DNA of 63,958 nucleotides, filler included, from Octopus bimaculoides (taxonomy: Eukaryota): NCBI RefSeq assembly GCF_001194135.2. It is 5 parts of 5 records of this genome, joined end to end, with 100 filler letters (N's around TTAATTAATTAA, not from the genome) between each part and the next. Parts side by side here need not be neighbours in the genome. Positions count along the whole stretch, not along the records: positions 1 to 8,337 come from NC_068981.1; positions 8,438 to 15,052 come from NC_069003.1; 3 more parts are not named here. One strand, 5' to 3'. Positions 1-11,502 of this stretch are shown piece after piece. A model generated the notes under the pieces. That model was not told the DNA's origin. It saw nothing but the letters and a program-made list of their open reading frames with translations, and did no database searches. The position numbers were made by a program, and so were the translations under genes. Each line of letters starts with the position of its first letter. The stretch's first letter is position 1.

Positions 1-38
1 ATGTATAAGATTCTGAAAATTACTGCTACATTACAAAT

Positions 39-97
39 CAGGCTGATGAGGAATAGACAAACGGTAAGAATTTGTTAAATCCGAAACCTGGTTCCTG
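39..97 (+). ncRNA. Minimal type I hammerhead ribozyme, PLE-associated type
   Basis: Stem I CAGG(39-42)/CCTG(94-97); core CTGATGA(43-49); stem II GGA/TCC plus ACAAA/TTTGT with the canonical G10.1-C11.1 pair; GAAA(83-86); short quasi-palindromic stem III ACC-T-GGT; cleavage triplet GTT(91-93). Confidence 0.65.
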
Positions 98-264
98 TTT
101 AATAATGATTTTTTTAGGTGATTTTAAATGTCTTGCCCGATCACGTTTTTGGTATGCTGCTATATTTCATGTTGAGAACTTTTTAGGTCTTAATAGACAC
201 AAAATGTGATCTATTTCTAGCGCATTAATTGTCCACGTTAGTGGTCGACGTTATTTTTAAAATA

Positions 265-440
265 TATATATATACATACGTATATATAGATATATATATG
301 TATATATGCATATACATACATATCTATGTCTGTATATACATACATATATACATGTATGTATATTTGTACATATATATATATATATGTATATACATACCTA
401 TATACATACAGACACACACACACACATATATATATTTATG
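265..440. repeat. Compound (TA)n/(CA)n microsatellite
   Basis: Directly visible; explains the YI/CV-rich ORFs here. Confidence 0.9.
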
Positions 441-997
441 TTTATGCAATTCATATGGTAAAACTTTTAATTATGTTCGTGGAGCAATACGCCGATACTT
501 TGATATATTTAACGTCAGTCTGTTATAATCAAGTGTCTCCGATAATACAGGCCAAGAAAAGAATAGAATTCAAAGTTAACTCAGATATAACCAAAGATAA
601 AGAGAATGAATGAAGATCTATTTATTTCAGTAGTTATGTAGATAAATTCTTAGAAAATCTTAGCACAGGAAAACTTCGAAAAGTTTTGAAATACAATAAC
701 GTATCTCTTTATTCCGAATACGTTCTGGTGGATTCCAACCTAGATATCTGAGCGCTGTTGTTATGTTCATAACATCCCATAAAGTTATACGTTCTTCATA
801 AAATACAAAATTCACTGATGTAAGGGGACTTCAAGGTATTCAGTGTTTTGATCTCGTAGAGCGTATCTTCTAGTGAAACTACCTCGAACCGATGAAATTC
901 ACTAGAGCTTGAGATTTCGTTTATAGGAATCTGCAAACAAACTATTTGCTGATACACCCAGAAAAAGCGATGATGCAAAGTAAAATACATATTTGTT

Positions 998-1090
998 CTT
1001 AATACGTTCTGGCAAATTCGAATGTGAGTATATCATTGCTGTTGTTATTTCCTATCAGATTCGCGTTTGAATCTGCCAGAACATATTAAG
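998..1090. repeat. 32-bp inverted repeat hairpin with 29-nt loop (MITE-like remnant)
   Basis: Arms 998-1029 and 1059-1090 have 6 mismatches, all transitions. Confidence 0.75.
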
Positions 1091-1510
1091 AGCCAATAGA
1101 TACGTTATTGCTTGGATTCTTACTGTTCCGTGTGCACTTCATGTAAATACAAACATGTCGAAATGGAGTGTTTGTCGGCACAAAGTTTATCGATAATATT
1201 CTGATGTGTTGAAAAAGAAATGAAAAACACAAAGTGATACGGGTTCTCTCAATTTGCTCATTCCAGCCTTTCTGTAGTCACTTTGACTCTATAGACTTTG
1301 TGATTAAATCTCGCTCGGAATATACTGTACAGATTTAAACGCAAGTATGCATTAGATAAAGCATGCATAGGAGCACACGCACCAAAACATACTCGATTGC
1401 TACGATAGGTCTGATCTTGGTTATAGAACACAGGAGAAATAAAATAAGGTAACACAAAATTTTATTCCGTGAAAAAAATGTATGAAATGTATGTCATATT
1501 CTGTTCTGCT

Positions 1511-1898
1511 GGGAGGCGCAATGGCCCAGTGGTTAGGGCAGTGGACTCACGGTCATAGGATCGCGGTTTCGATTCCCAGACCAGGCGTTGTGAGTGTTTA
1601 TTGAGCGAAAACACCTAAAGCTCCACGAGGCTCCGGCAGGAGATAGTGGCGAACTCTGCTGTACTCTTTCACCACAACTTTCTCTCACTCTTACTTCCTG
1701 TTTCTGTTGTGCCTGTAATTCAAAGGGTCAGCCTTGTCACACCGTATCACGCTGAATATCCCCGAGAACTACGTTAAGGGTACACGTGTCTGTAGAGTGC
1801 TCAGCCACTTGCACGTTAATTTCATGAGCAGGCTGTTCCGTTGATCGGATCAACTGAAACCCTCGACGTCGTAAGCGACAGAGTGCCAACAACAACAA
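1511..1898 (+). mobile_element. tRNA-derived SINE family A, full length
   Basis: A box TGGCCCAGTGG(1522-1532), B box GGTTTCGATTCCC(1565-), (CAA)n tail, candidate 7-bp TSD TTCTGCT(1504-1510/1899-1905). Near-identical copies at 14153, 32843 and 48442. Confidence 0.9.
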
Positions 1899-2953
1899 TT
1901 CTGCTCTGTTAAAGAACAATGGAATTAATGAATATATAAATATAATAATGAATATATAATCATTGGAGTATCAACAATGCTATCAAAAAATTAATTTAAT
2001 ATTTACTTATTAAAATAATTCTAATTCTTTCGTTTTTTTTTTATTTGTGAATGGTTAAATTCCAATCCTTCAAAACAATACTCGCTTGATGCCTTTGTCA
2101 AATCGAGGTTAATTCCTTGCTTGTCGGTGGTGACGGATATTTCCGGTGCTAAATTGCAGTGAAATTTGTAAAGAGTAGTTGACAAGATTTCAATGATAAT
2201 TATAGCGTCATGAATCTAAATTAAGTTAAAGAAAATCAAAACCGTCTACGTTGTATGATGATAGACACACATATTGAAAATATTGCATGACAAAACAGCC
2301 TTAGCACACAAGAGAATATCGAATAAGCAAATCAACTGTCAAACAAAGAATATTGTCTCAAAATATACATAGAAATTTAGTTATAAAACACCAAGTCAGC
2401 AGAAAAACGTGTAAGACAATTATACTCTTTAGTTTGACAAATATGATGAAAGTGTGAGCTAAAGGATTTACAATTTTAGTTTGTCAAGTAGATATTTTTC
2501 CAGCTTCACCAGAAATAGGTAAGATTGGCACCAGTAAAAACAAGCGATTGATTCAAATTTTAATTCGCCTACTGGAACAGTTTCGGCCTTTTGTATAGAT
2601 AAACAATAATTGTTTGATGTCTGACTCGGTAGACTATCGGGATAAACTGACTTGTGAGTGTAATAATTCTCACGGATGTTGATTTTCAATGACATTCTTC
2701 AAAGAACGTTAGAGTAACTAGTTTTCAAATATTCGACTCGGTGTCGATAATTCTTCTGACCCACAATTATGTACCTCTGTGATTATCTTATACGCCTATT
2801 GTTTTTACCTCTGCATTTAATTTTATGTAAACCCCACCCACATAAATTGTAGCCTACCTTTATAATGGTCATTTCCTCCGATGTTACTTGGTAATCAAGA
2901 ACTAGCAAAATAATATCAGTATTATCATTACCAACTTCAAAAATAAAACTTGC

Positions 2954-3535
2954 TTCTAATTTTAGTACAAAAACAATGATTTCGAGGGAAGGAGCTTAAT
3001 CGATTAAACCGACCCTGGAAATATTAAAGGTAAAGTTAACTACGGAAGGATTTGAACTCAGATTCTAAAGAGCCACAACCTATATCACGAAACAGTGCTT
3101 CTGATCGTGTCAGCTAACCTATAATAATAATACTTCTCTCCACTTTTGGCACAAGAGAAGGTTGCCAGTCAATTGCATCGACCGAATTACTCGGATTATA
3201 CTTCATCAACTACAGATTTAGAACTCAGAAAAAAACGCCAGAATACTGCTAAGCATTTTGCTCAGCGCGCGAACGATCTGCCAATTCGTAGCCTTTTTTA
3301 AATTTTGGCACAAAGCCAGGAATTTTAGAGAGAAATAGTTAACAGACGCTAGCTACGTTACTGCTTTAATCCTACTTCACTTTATCGATCTCAAAAGAAT
3401 GAAAGTTAAGGTTGGTGTGATTAAAAATCATTTCTAATATATAGGCACACGGCCTGAAATTTTGGTAGAGGGGCTAGTCGATTTCAAGACTCTAGTGATG
3501 AGCTTGTACTTATTTCATCGACCCCCAAAAGGATG
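2954..3535 (-). mobile_element. Four stacked, decayed copies of SINE family B
   Basis: Segments ~2954-3120, 3133-3293, 3300-3420 and 3430-3535 match the reverse complement of 18380-18590 (e.g. GAACTCAG, TTTATCGATCTCAAAAGAATGAAAG, GGCACACGGCCTGAAATTTT). Confidence 0.65.
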
Positions 3536-4618
3536 TTACCTCGTCCCAATTCTTATCCATCTGGAGGTTTGGTCCGAACCAAACCCCAAGCAACTTTAAC
3601 GGTCCGTCCATTCAGCGTTCAACGACGCTGTTGAACGGCGTGGACTTACCTTCCCAGGGGCTGAATTGCAAGCCCACCGACTTATCCGGGTTAAGTTTTG
3701 CTCCCGTCAACTTTTCATATTCCTATAATGATGTGCCGACTACCTAGATTTCTGAGGTGTGCGAGACCATCACGGTGATGTTGTCCGCATAAGCCAACAC
3801 AGCTCTCCTGCGTCCCGGTTCGGGCGGGATGCCTGTAGCAGCTCCAGCTTCTGCAGTAAAGGCTCAAGAGTCAATACATACAGAAGGGAGGAGAGAGGGC
3901 AAACTTGACGGACCGATCGGGAGATCTGAATCGGAGATCTGAGGTGGCTATTAATTTTGACTACCGAGCGATCCAACCTCTGAAGACGGGGCCAAAGCCA
4001 GCCGCTTTGAGGAGAGCCTCCAGATATTGAAGGTCGACCCTATCGAATGTTTTCGATTGATCTAAATTGATCAGTGCACCACCGAAGCCAGGTTTACCCC
4101 CTCTCCTTTATATGATGTATCGTACGAGGTGGAGGTTGTCTTATATGAACCTAGTCGGGATTGTGCAGGTTTGCGCCTACCCAACCCAGTCCTCGACGAC
4201 GAGCGCCAACCCTTTCGCTAATACCCTGGCCAAAATCTTGAACCCTGTGTTAAGCAGAGTTATGGGCCTTAAATTATCTTATGTGTCTCTCTTGTTTTAA
4301 ACTTTCCTTATCAGCGCCACTAGTCCCTGGATTACAGAACTGGGAATACTCCCGTTCTGCTATCAGTTGCAGTAGAGCGCTTCGAGGAGATCAGAGAACA
4401 AGTCTGGCATACTTACGTAAAGTTCATCTAAACCTGGTGACTTGCGCCTCCTGCAACCGGTAGGGCATCCTGAATTTCGACTAAAGTTATTTAACTTCCA
4501 TAGCGCTCAGCGTCGACCATCGAGAGACGCGGGAAGCCGTTTAGGTAGGGACTGAAGTCTGCTACCATCTCCGCTCCGCCCCTCCCTACGAACAACCGAG
4601 CAAAGTGCTGGCATGAGT
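3535..4618 (-). mobile_element. L1/Tx1-clade non-LTR retrotransposon RT fragment (decayed)
   Basis: GC-rich block. The minus strand encodes KSPGLD-like, RPITLLNTGFKILARVLAK, RSVRQxCPLSxLLY, YADN (3780-3791; YADD with D>N) and GAKLNPDKS...GVWFGP...KNWDEV motifs, with frameshifts. Confidence 0.85.
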
Positions 4619-4619
4619 C

Positions 4620-6198
4620 CACCCAAAATCTGACATAGAAAGGTTATATATACAACATACAGAAGGTGGGACAGGCCTTATACAGTTGGAAAACTATTAT
4701 AAAATAACCACAATAGGACTGCAAAAATACCTACTTCAGAAGCAAGGAAAACTAATACAAATAGCCACAAAACACGAGCAAAACAAAAAACTGTTTTCAG
4801 TATTTAAGGAAGCTGACAAATACAAACAAGAAATCATACTACCTAATAAAGAAGAAGAAGAAGAAGAAGAAGAAGAAGAAGAAGAAGAAGAAGAAGAAGA
4901 AGAAGAAGAAGAAGAANNNNNNNNNNNNNNNNNNNNNNNNNNNNNNNNNNNNNNNNNNNNNNNNNNNNNNNNNNNNNNNNNNNNNNNNNNNNNNNNNNNN
5001 NNNNNNNNNNNNNNNNNNNNNNNNNNNNNNNNNNNNNNNNNNNNNNNNNNNNNNNNNNNNNNNNNNNNNNNNNNNNNNNNNNNNNNNNNNNNNNNNNNNN
5101 NNNNNNNNNNNNNNNNNNNNNNNNNNNNNNNNNNNNNNNNNNNNNNNNNNNNNNNNNNNNNNNNNNNNNNNNNNNNNNNNNNNNNNNNNNNNNNNNNNNN
5201 NNNNNNNNNNNNNNNNNNNNNNNNNNNNNNNNNNNNNNNNNNNNNNNNNNNNNNNNNNNNNNNNNNNNNNNNNNNNNNNNNNNNNNNNNNNNNNNNNNNN
5301 NNNNNNNNNNNNNNNNNNNNNNNNNNNNNNNNNNNNNNNNNNNNNNNNNNNNNNNNNNNNNNNNNNNNNNNNNNNNNNNNNNNNNNNNNNNNNNNNNNNN
5401 NNNNNNNNNNNNNNNNNNNNNNNNNNNNNNNNNNNNNNNNNNNNNNNNNNNNNNNNNNNNNNNNNNNNNNNNNNNNNNNNNNNNNNNNNNNNNNNNNNNN
5501 NNNNNNNNNNNNNNNNNNNNNNNNNNNNNNNNNNNNNNNNNNNNNNNNNNNNNNNNNNNNNAAGTAACTGCAGAATATGTGGCGATGGACAAGAAATATA
5601 TTTTCTCTGGCTGCCCAGTCCTGGCTAAGAAGGAATATATTCACAGACACGACAGTGCTGGGACCTACATACACTGGAAGCTATGCCAACACTATGGAAT
5701 TACAACAGAAAAAAGATGGTATAGACACACGCCAGAAAAGGTCACAGAAAACGAGAAAGCAACCATACTCTGGGATATGCCAATACACACAGATAGAGAA
5801 ATTAAGGCCAATAGGCCAGATATAGTTGTCAGAGATCATAAAGGAAAAAAAATGCTTTCTAATTGATGTATCAATACCAGCAGATGACAACGTTTCCCTA
5901 AAAGAAATAGAGAAACTTTCAAAATACAAAGACCTGGAAATAGGTAACTCGAATGTGGAATCTAAAATAGAAACAATTCCTATCATAGAAGGCGCCTTAG
6001 GTATGATAAAACAGCAGGACGTACAAATATATATAAGATACAGAAAATTGCACTACTGGGCACTGCACACATCCTACGCAAAACACTTTCAATACAGTAA
6101 CCATAAGAGCATCACAGCAAACCACAGCACATACCCAAGGCACACAGAGCTGCGCTCGGTAGTCAAATGAAAGCACGCTATAAAAATAAAACTACTGA
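4620..6198 (+). mobile_element. 5'-truncated R4/Dong-clade RLE non-LTR retrotransposon (spans an N gap)
   Basis: HPKSDIERLYIQHTEGGTGL at 4620; CRICG..SGCPVLAKKEYIHRHD zinc knuckle remnant; ILWDMPIHTDREIKANRPDIVV..LIDVSIP..EKLSKYKDLEI RLE core; GTAHILRK then stop at 6098-6100; ~100-nt 3' UTR; (TAA)n tail. Confidence 0.9.
4851..4916 (+). repeat. (GAA)22 tract running into a gap, in frame within the R4 ORF
   Basis: Directly visible; gives poly-Glu in ORF 4686-. Confidence 0.95.
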
Positions 6199-6256
6199 AT
6201 AATAATAATGATGATAATAATAATAATATTAATAATAATAATAACAATAATAATAA
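6198..6256 (+). repeat. (TAA)n microsatellite at the R4/Dong 3' end
   Basis: Directly visible. Confidence 0.9.
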
Positions 6257-6409
6257 CTTAAAATTTTGGAACAACAACAACGCTAATAATAAATATTTTA
6301 ATGAAAATTAGTATTCATTCGTTTATATTTTATTACCTACTTACATTGTACTATCAAGCAATAACTCTGTAGTGCAGTATTTTATTTCAAAGTTTTCTAT
6401 TATATTCAA

Positions 6410-6810
6410 ATCACTGTACGTAATACCTGTACACAGTTCCAGTATGTTCAGCAATTTTAAGCGCATGGAATTTTTGTTATGTATTGTAGATATGTATTTT
6501 TTATTATTCCCATGGAACCTGTTATTATGAGGAAATTTCTGTTTTTAATCCCCAAATTCTTATTTTCTCTACCATTATTTTGGGAACGCTGCTCCATTTA
6601 CAGTCAGAAACAATTTGATTAATCGTTTGTTCCGAAACTTCACAAGCTCTTCAGTTACGTTTTGTATTCCACTTCATTATGTGCATGTTTCGGTTTTAGC
6701 TTTGAAGCATGCGCTTCTCATCCTATCTATGAAATCTTTTCTTTATCCAACTCTGCTTTGTTTAGTCTTGCAAGGTATCGGCCATGTAGCGGATCTTATT
6801 GTCATAATGT
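6410..6810 (-). mobile_element. Second R4/Dong remnant, internally deleted
   Basis: The minus strand encodes PLHGRYLARLNKAELDKEK (includes 6771-6792), KAKTE, *RACEVSEQTINQIVSDC (knuckle, 6600-6653), then almost directly IRIWGLKTE..IITGSMGIIK..YITKIP..VLR. Confidence 0.75.
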
Positions 6811-6984
6811 TGACATAGCGTGTTGCAATTGAATTTTCAGCTCAATTTGGTGTTCATTTATTTTAACTAATTTCTCTTGTTCTTTCGTTTTCCTTACAAA
6901 TATTTGTTACATAAGGGTCCCTTTTATATTTGTGAACATTTTTGCACAACGAATTGCGAATGCCATAACCAGCACCAACATCCT

Positions 6985-7050
6985 CCGCCTCCTCCCCCAC
7001 CATCACCACCATCTTTTCATCCTCCTCCTGATCATCATCGTCGTCATCAT

Positions 7051-7082
<32 letters not shown>

Positions 7083-7090
7083 GCAGTAAC
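6985..7090. repeat. Compound (CCT)/(CAT)/(CAG) trinucleotide tract
   Basis: Directly visible. Confidence 0.85.
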
Positions 7091-8814
7091 AACACTGACA
7101 CCACGCCTAGAAAGCACTATATTGATGAAATCAGCTACGGTTGTAGGAGGATTGAACGTCAGCAAATGTAACAGTAACAACTAAAAAGTTGAGTTACAGC
7201 AGCAATGAAAAAAGCCATTGTCTTAACAAAAGTAACGAATTTATTGATTCATTACAGCCTGATATCGATGGCGTAGTGCTTGGAAATGATATGTAAAAAA
7301 AAAAAAAAGAAAAAAAAAACGTCATTAATAAGCGACCTGCTGTGGTGATTTTTATGCAAAGCGAAATCAGTCGAAGTCTTAAATGGGCCATCATATACAG
7401 GTGAATCAGCCGTAAAATGAGAGCGCTAGAGAGTCTTAAACCTGCCAGGGCGAGTAGAAGATATGAAATGTGTGGGAGGATGCCAAGTCACATCAAAGAA
7501 GAAGATTGGAAAAAAAAAACAAAAAAATTCCCGAAATCATATGGGCTGCGTATGACGTCCAAATCTATCTGCTAGAAATAGTAGTAAGATCTTTTTCATA
7601 TTACACATTATCACATTGAAAAGAGACCGTCACATTGGAGGAAATACCGTGTGTCCCAGAATTAACTATTTATGAATTAACTGTAGATAGTTAATTCATA
7701 TGTAGATAATACTCGGATATACTTTATAATCCTAGATACGCAATTTCCAAGAAAAACGAAGTGACTGTGCCTAATAAGGCTTAGCCAGGGCCGACATACA
7801 CTTAGAAATAACAGTATTCAACACTAGGGAAAATTTGGGGAAAAATTTGTGAAGGTTCTGTTGCCATTCAATTAAGAGTAAAACACTCATCTTTAAGTAT
7901 TCAGTGTATTCTTTGCTTTCTTTCGTTGACGCTTGTATGTGTGCGTGTATATGTGTGCGTGAATATATAGAACTCAAGTACTGTGTGAATGTGATTAAAA
8001 TAGCGTAGAAAAGAGTCGCAAGACGCATTTTTCTATACGTGCAGCTAGGAAACATACGTGTAGACCAAAGACGCCATGTTTGAATAATATCTGTAGTGAC
8101 AGTTTGTCACACCTGGAAACCCAGCCGAAAAGTGTAATGGTGTCTGCGTCTGACAGGACCCTATGGAGGACATATTTGCAGTCTCTACTCCACGAATCTC
8201 TAAGGATCTGTAGGCAGAAAAATAGGTGTATATGAATGTATATATATATGTTTATGTATACATGTATATATATATATTACACGTATGTATGTATGTATAT
8301 ATATATATTTATATACACAAACATATATATATATATANNNNNNNNNNNNNNNNNNNNNNNNNNNNNNNNNNNNNNNNNNNNTTAATTAATTAANNNNNNN
8401 NNNNNNNNNNNNNNNNNNNNNNNNNNNNNNNNNNNNNAGAAGGAGGAAGAGCTGAGTCGTGATTATGGTGGTGGTGGTGGTGGTGGTGGTGGCGTTCAGT
8501 CGAGAGTCCGTTCGTTAGTGAAGTCAATTCATTTTGATTGGTTGTGCTGGCCGTTGGCAGCCGACATCGTTGGATCAATGCAAAGATGTTTTGATGGCTT
8601 CAAGTGGTAGGTGGCGCTGCGACTTGTCACTTTCAGCAGCCGATCAGTTTTAAGCTTGTTGAAAAACTTGAGGCTAGGGATGGTGGTGGTATTGGTGTTG
8701 GTGCCAGTGCTGGTGGTAATGGTGGTAATGACCGCGGTGGCGGGGGATGTGGATCGCTGATGAAGACGTTCGTAAATATGGCAGTTGAAAGATAACTTGG
8801 ATAGGAAAAAGAAA

Positions 8815-8831
8815 AGAGAGACGAGAGGGAG

Positions 8832-8881
<50 letters not shown>

Positions 8882-9480
8882 GAAACATGGAGAGAGAGTC
8901 AGGCAGACAGGAGAGAGACAGACAGGCAGTCAGGTGTGGAGACAAGGAAATATAGTGGATCTGTGGTATGGAGGCAGAAAAAAAGAAAGACAGGAAGGTT
9001 GTGTTATATAGAGGGTCAGTGAGAGAAGGGGGGAGACAGAAAGAGAGAGAGAAGAGAGAATTCGTGACAGAGAGAATATGTTTTGTAGAGGGACAGAAAG
9101 AAGGAAAGGAAGAAAAAATGAAGGAAGGAAGAAATGAAGGAAGAAAGAAATGAAGGAAGAAAGAAATGAAGGAAGAAAGAAAGAGAGGCATAGAGAAGGA
9201 CTTGATAAAGAATATTATACAGAGGAGTAGAAAGAGAATAGTAGAAGAGAAACTGAGAGAGGAGGTAAATAGTGAAGATTCGTAGTAGAGGGAGAATACT
9301 GTAGAGAAGGGAAGGAGAAAGAGGGAATGAGAGAGAAAGAAACGTTGGGAGAAAGGCGTAGATGCGATTCGTGAGAGAGACAGAGACAGGCAGATAGACA
9401 AGCTGGCAGACAGACAAGCTGGCTGACAGACAAGCTGGCTGACAGACAAGCTGGCAGACAGGCTCACAGACAGAGACGGA
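8815..9480. repeat. (GATA)n, AG-rich low-complexity tract and 16-bp minisatellite (GACAAGCTGGCWGACA x4, ~9398-9460)
   Basis: Directly visible. Confidence 0.8.
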
Positions 9481-9672
9481 CAGAAAGTGGAGAATATAGA
9501 TGGGGCGGCGGCACAATGCATGAGAAGTGAAATAGAACCGGATATAGTTAAATATTATGAGAGGAAATTATCAAACTGTTATTGTGATTATTTCAGGTGT
9601 AGAGATGGAGTTAATATGGCGAATATACATAACATATATACAGGTATAGATGGATACAGAAAGATACATGTA

Positions 9673-10125
9673 GGCGCAGGCGTCGCTGTGTGGTAAGGAG
9701 CTTGCTTTCCAGCCACATGTTTCCGAGTTCGGTCCCACTGCAGAATACCTTGGGCAAGTGTCTTCTACTATAGCCACGGGCGGACCGAAACCTTGTAAGT
9801 GGATCTGGAAGATGGAAACTGAAAGAAGACTGTCGTATATATTTATGCGTGTGTGTGTGTGCGCGTGTGTGTGTCTGCGTGCATGTGTGTATGTGTGTGT
9901 GTGTGTATGTGTGTGTGTGTATGTGTGTGTGTGTGTGTGTGTATTCGTATCTGTATTTGTCCCCATACACACACACACACACCACTTGATAACTGATTAT
10001 CTGTTACGTCCCGTAACTTAGCGGTTCGGTAAAAGAGAACGATAGAATAAGTACCGGGCTTTAAAAGAATCAAGTACAGGTGTCAGTTTATGGTGCCCCA
10101 GCATGGCCGCATTCTAATGACTGAA
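9673..10125 (+). mobile_element. tRNA-derived SINE family C, full length, with internal (TG)n
   Basis: Head GGCGCAGGCGTCGCTGTGTGG, B box GAGTTCGGTCCC, internal microsatellite, 3' CCAGCATGGCC motif; homologous to 40167-40572. Confidence 0.85.
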
Positions 10126-10639
10126 TGCATAAATACATACATACATACATACATACATACATACATACATACATACATGTGGCGGTGGGGATATTTAAAT
10201 ATTTAATAACAGTTTGACCTAGTCTCACATGACTTAAAGTTTCGTGAGCGCGTAGGACATGTCCTTCGCATCAGATGTTCTGAAGCAGAGTCCGAATCGA
10301 AGATGAATAGATAGCCAGTCTACGACTTTTCATTACACTAGCTTATATTTCATATTTGAATTTATTCTTACGTATGCACCGTCCGGATATTCCAGTACAT
10401 ATTTAACACAGTATATGCATACAAGTCGCGGACTGGCGGTCTACTCACCTCGATTTAGCTCGGGTACATGATGTTGATAAGCCACAAAAATGGCGAAATA
10501 TCAATAGCCATCATTTGCGAATGGAATTTGGAGTGAGTTCTCACATCTGTCTATGACTTTCAGGTGTTTAAACACCCGGCACTTTGAAAGAGTAATCTCC
10601 ACCATACCAAATCGCAACCTACCGGCAAATACACACAGG

Positions 10640-10884
10640 GCAGACGTTATGTGTGGTGGATAATGTTTATTACACAAGCGCTGTGTAATAATTTTCACAT
10701 CTTCTAATAACTCACGGATGATGATTCGACGATTGTCCCCATCACACAACTGCATGCACATCTGCGATGTCTTTCTCAGTTCTGCTGGCCGCGGGTCTCC
10801 CAGACGTTCGCCAATATCAGCATTTTTTCGGCCATCTTGGAAACGTCTGAACCACTCGTACACTTGTGTTTGGCTCATACACAC
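10640..10884 (-). mobile_element. Mariner-type transposase N-terminal (HTH) remnant
   Basis: CMSQTQVYEWFRRFQDGR..GDPRP..DNRRIIIRELLEDVKI resembles the mariner VYEWFxRFKxGR..SGRP..DRRxTIRE motif. Confidence 0.75.
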
Positions 10885-10908
10885 ACATAAATAGGGAGAG
10901 AGATAAAT

Positions 10909-10979
<71 letters not shown>

Positions 10980-11019
10980 CAGTCTATCAATCTACATATA
11001 TGTATATAATGTACACATA

Positions 11020-11420
11020 GGCGTGTGATAAGAAGCTTGCTACCCACCCACATGGTTTCCAGGTTCAGTCCTATTGCGTGGAACCTTGGGCAAGTGTCTT
11101 CTATTATAGCCTTGAGTCGACCAAAGCCTTGTGAGTAGATTCGGTAGACGGAAACTGAAAGAAGCCCNNNNNNNNNNGTGTATAGGTATGTATCTGTATG
11201 CTTGTGTGTTTGTCCTGCTACCATCGCTTGTCAACCGATGTTGGTGTGTTTACGTCCCCGTAACTTTGTGGTTTGGCAAAAGGGAACCGATAGAATAAGT
11301 ACTAGGCTTACAAAGAATAGGTCCTGGGATCGATCTGTTCATCTAGAACCCCTTAAGGTGGGTGTTCCAGCATGGCCACAGTCATTTGACTGCGACAAGG
11401 AAAGGAAGAAAAGAATAAAA
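11020..11420 (+). mobile_element. SINE family C copy
   Basis: Colinear with 40167-40572; a short N gap replaces part of the internal microsatellite. Confidence 0.85.
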
Positions 11421-11427
11421 ACACATA

Positions 11428-11502
<75 letters not shown>

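Noticed and set aside
1511-1580. Functional tRNA genes at SINE heads (also 13060, 20989, 30916, 32843, 40167)
   Set aside because: A and B boxes are present, but acceptor stems are broken and the sequences continue into SINE bodies or tails.
8382-8393. TTAATTAATTAA recurring at 8382, 15097, 43526 and 59124
   Set aside because: Always embedded in N runs and has stops in all six frames: a scaffolding gap marker, not biology.
8529-9521. 330-aa minus-strand ORF and adjacent poly-His ORF
   Set aside because: Derived from CT/GATA/TGG simple repeats; no recognisable domain or convincing exon structure.
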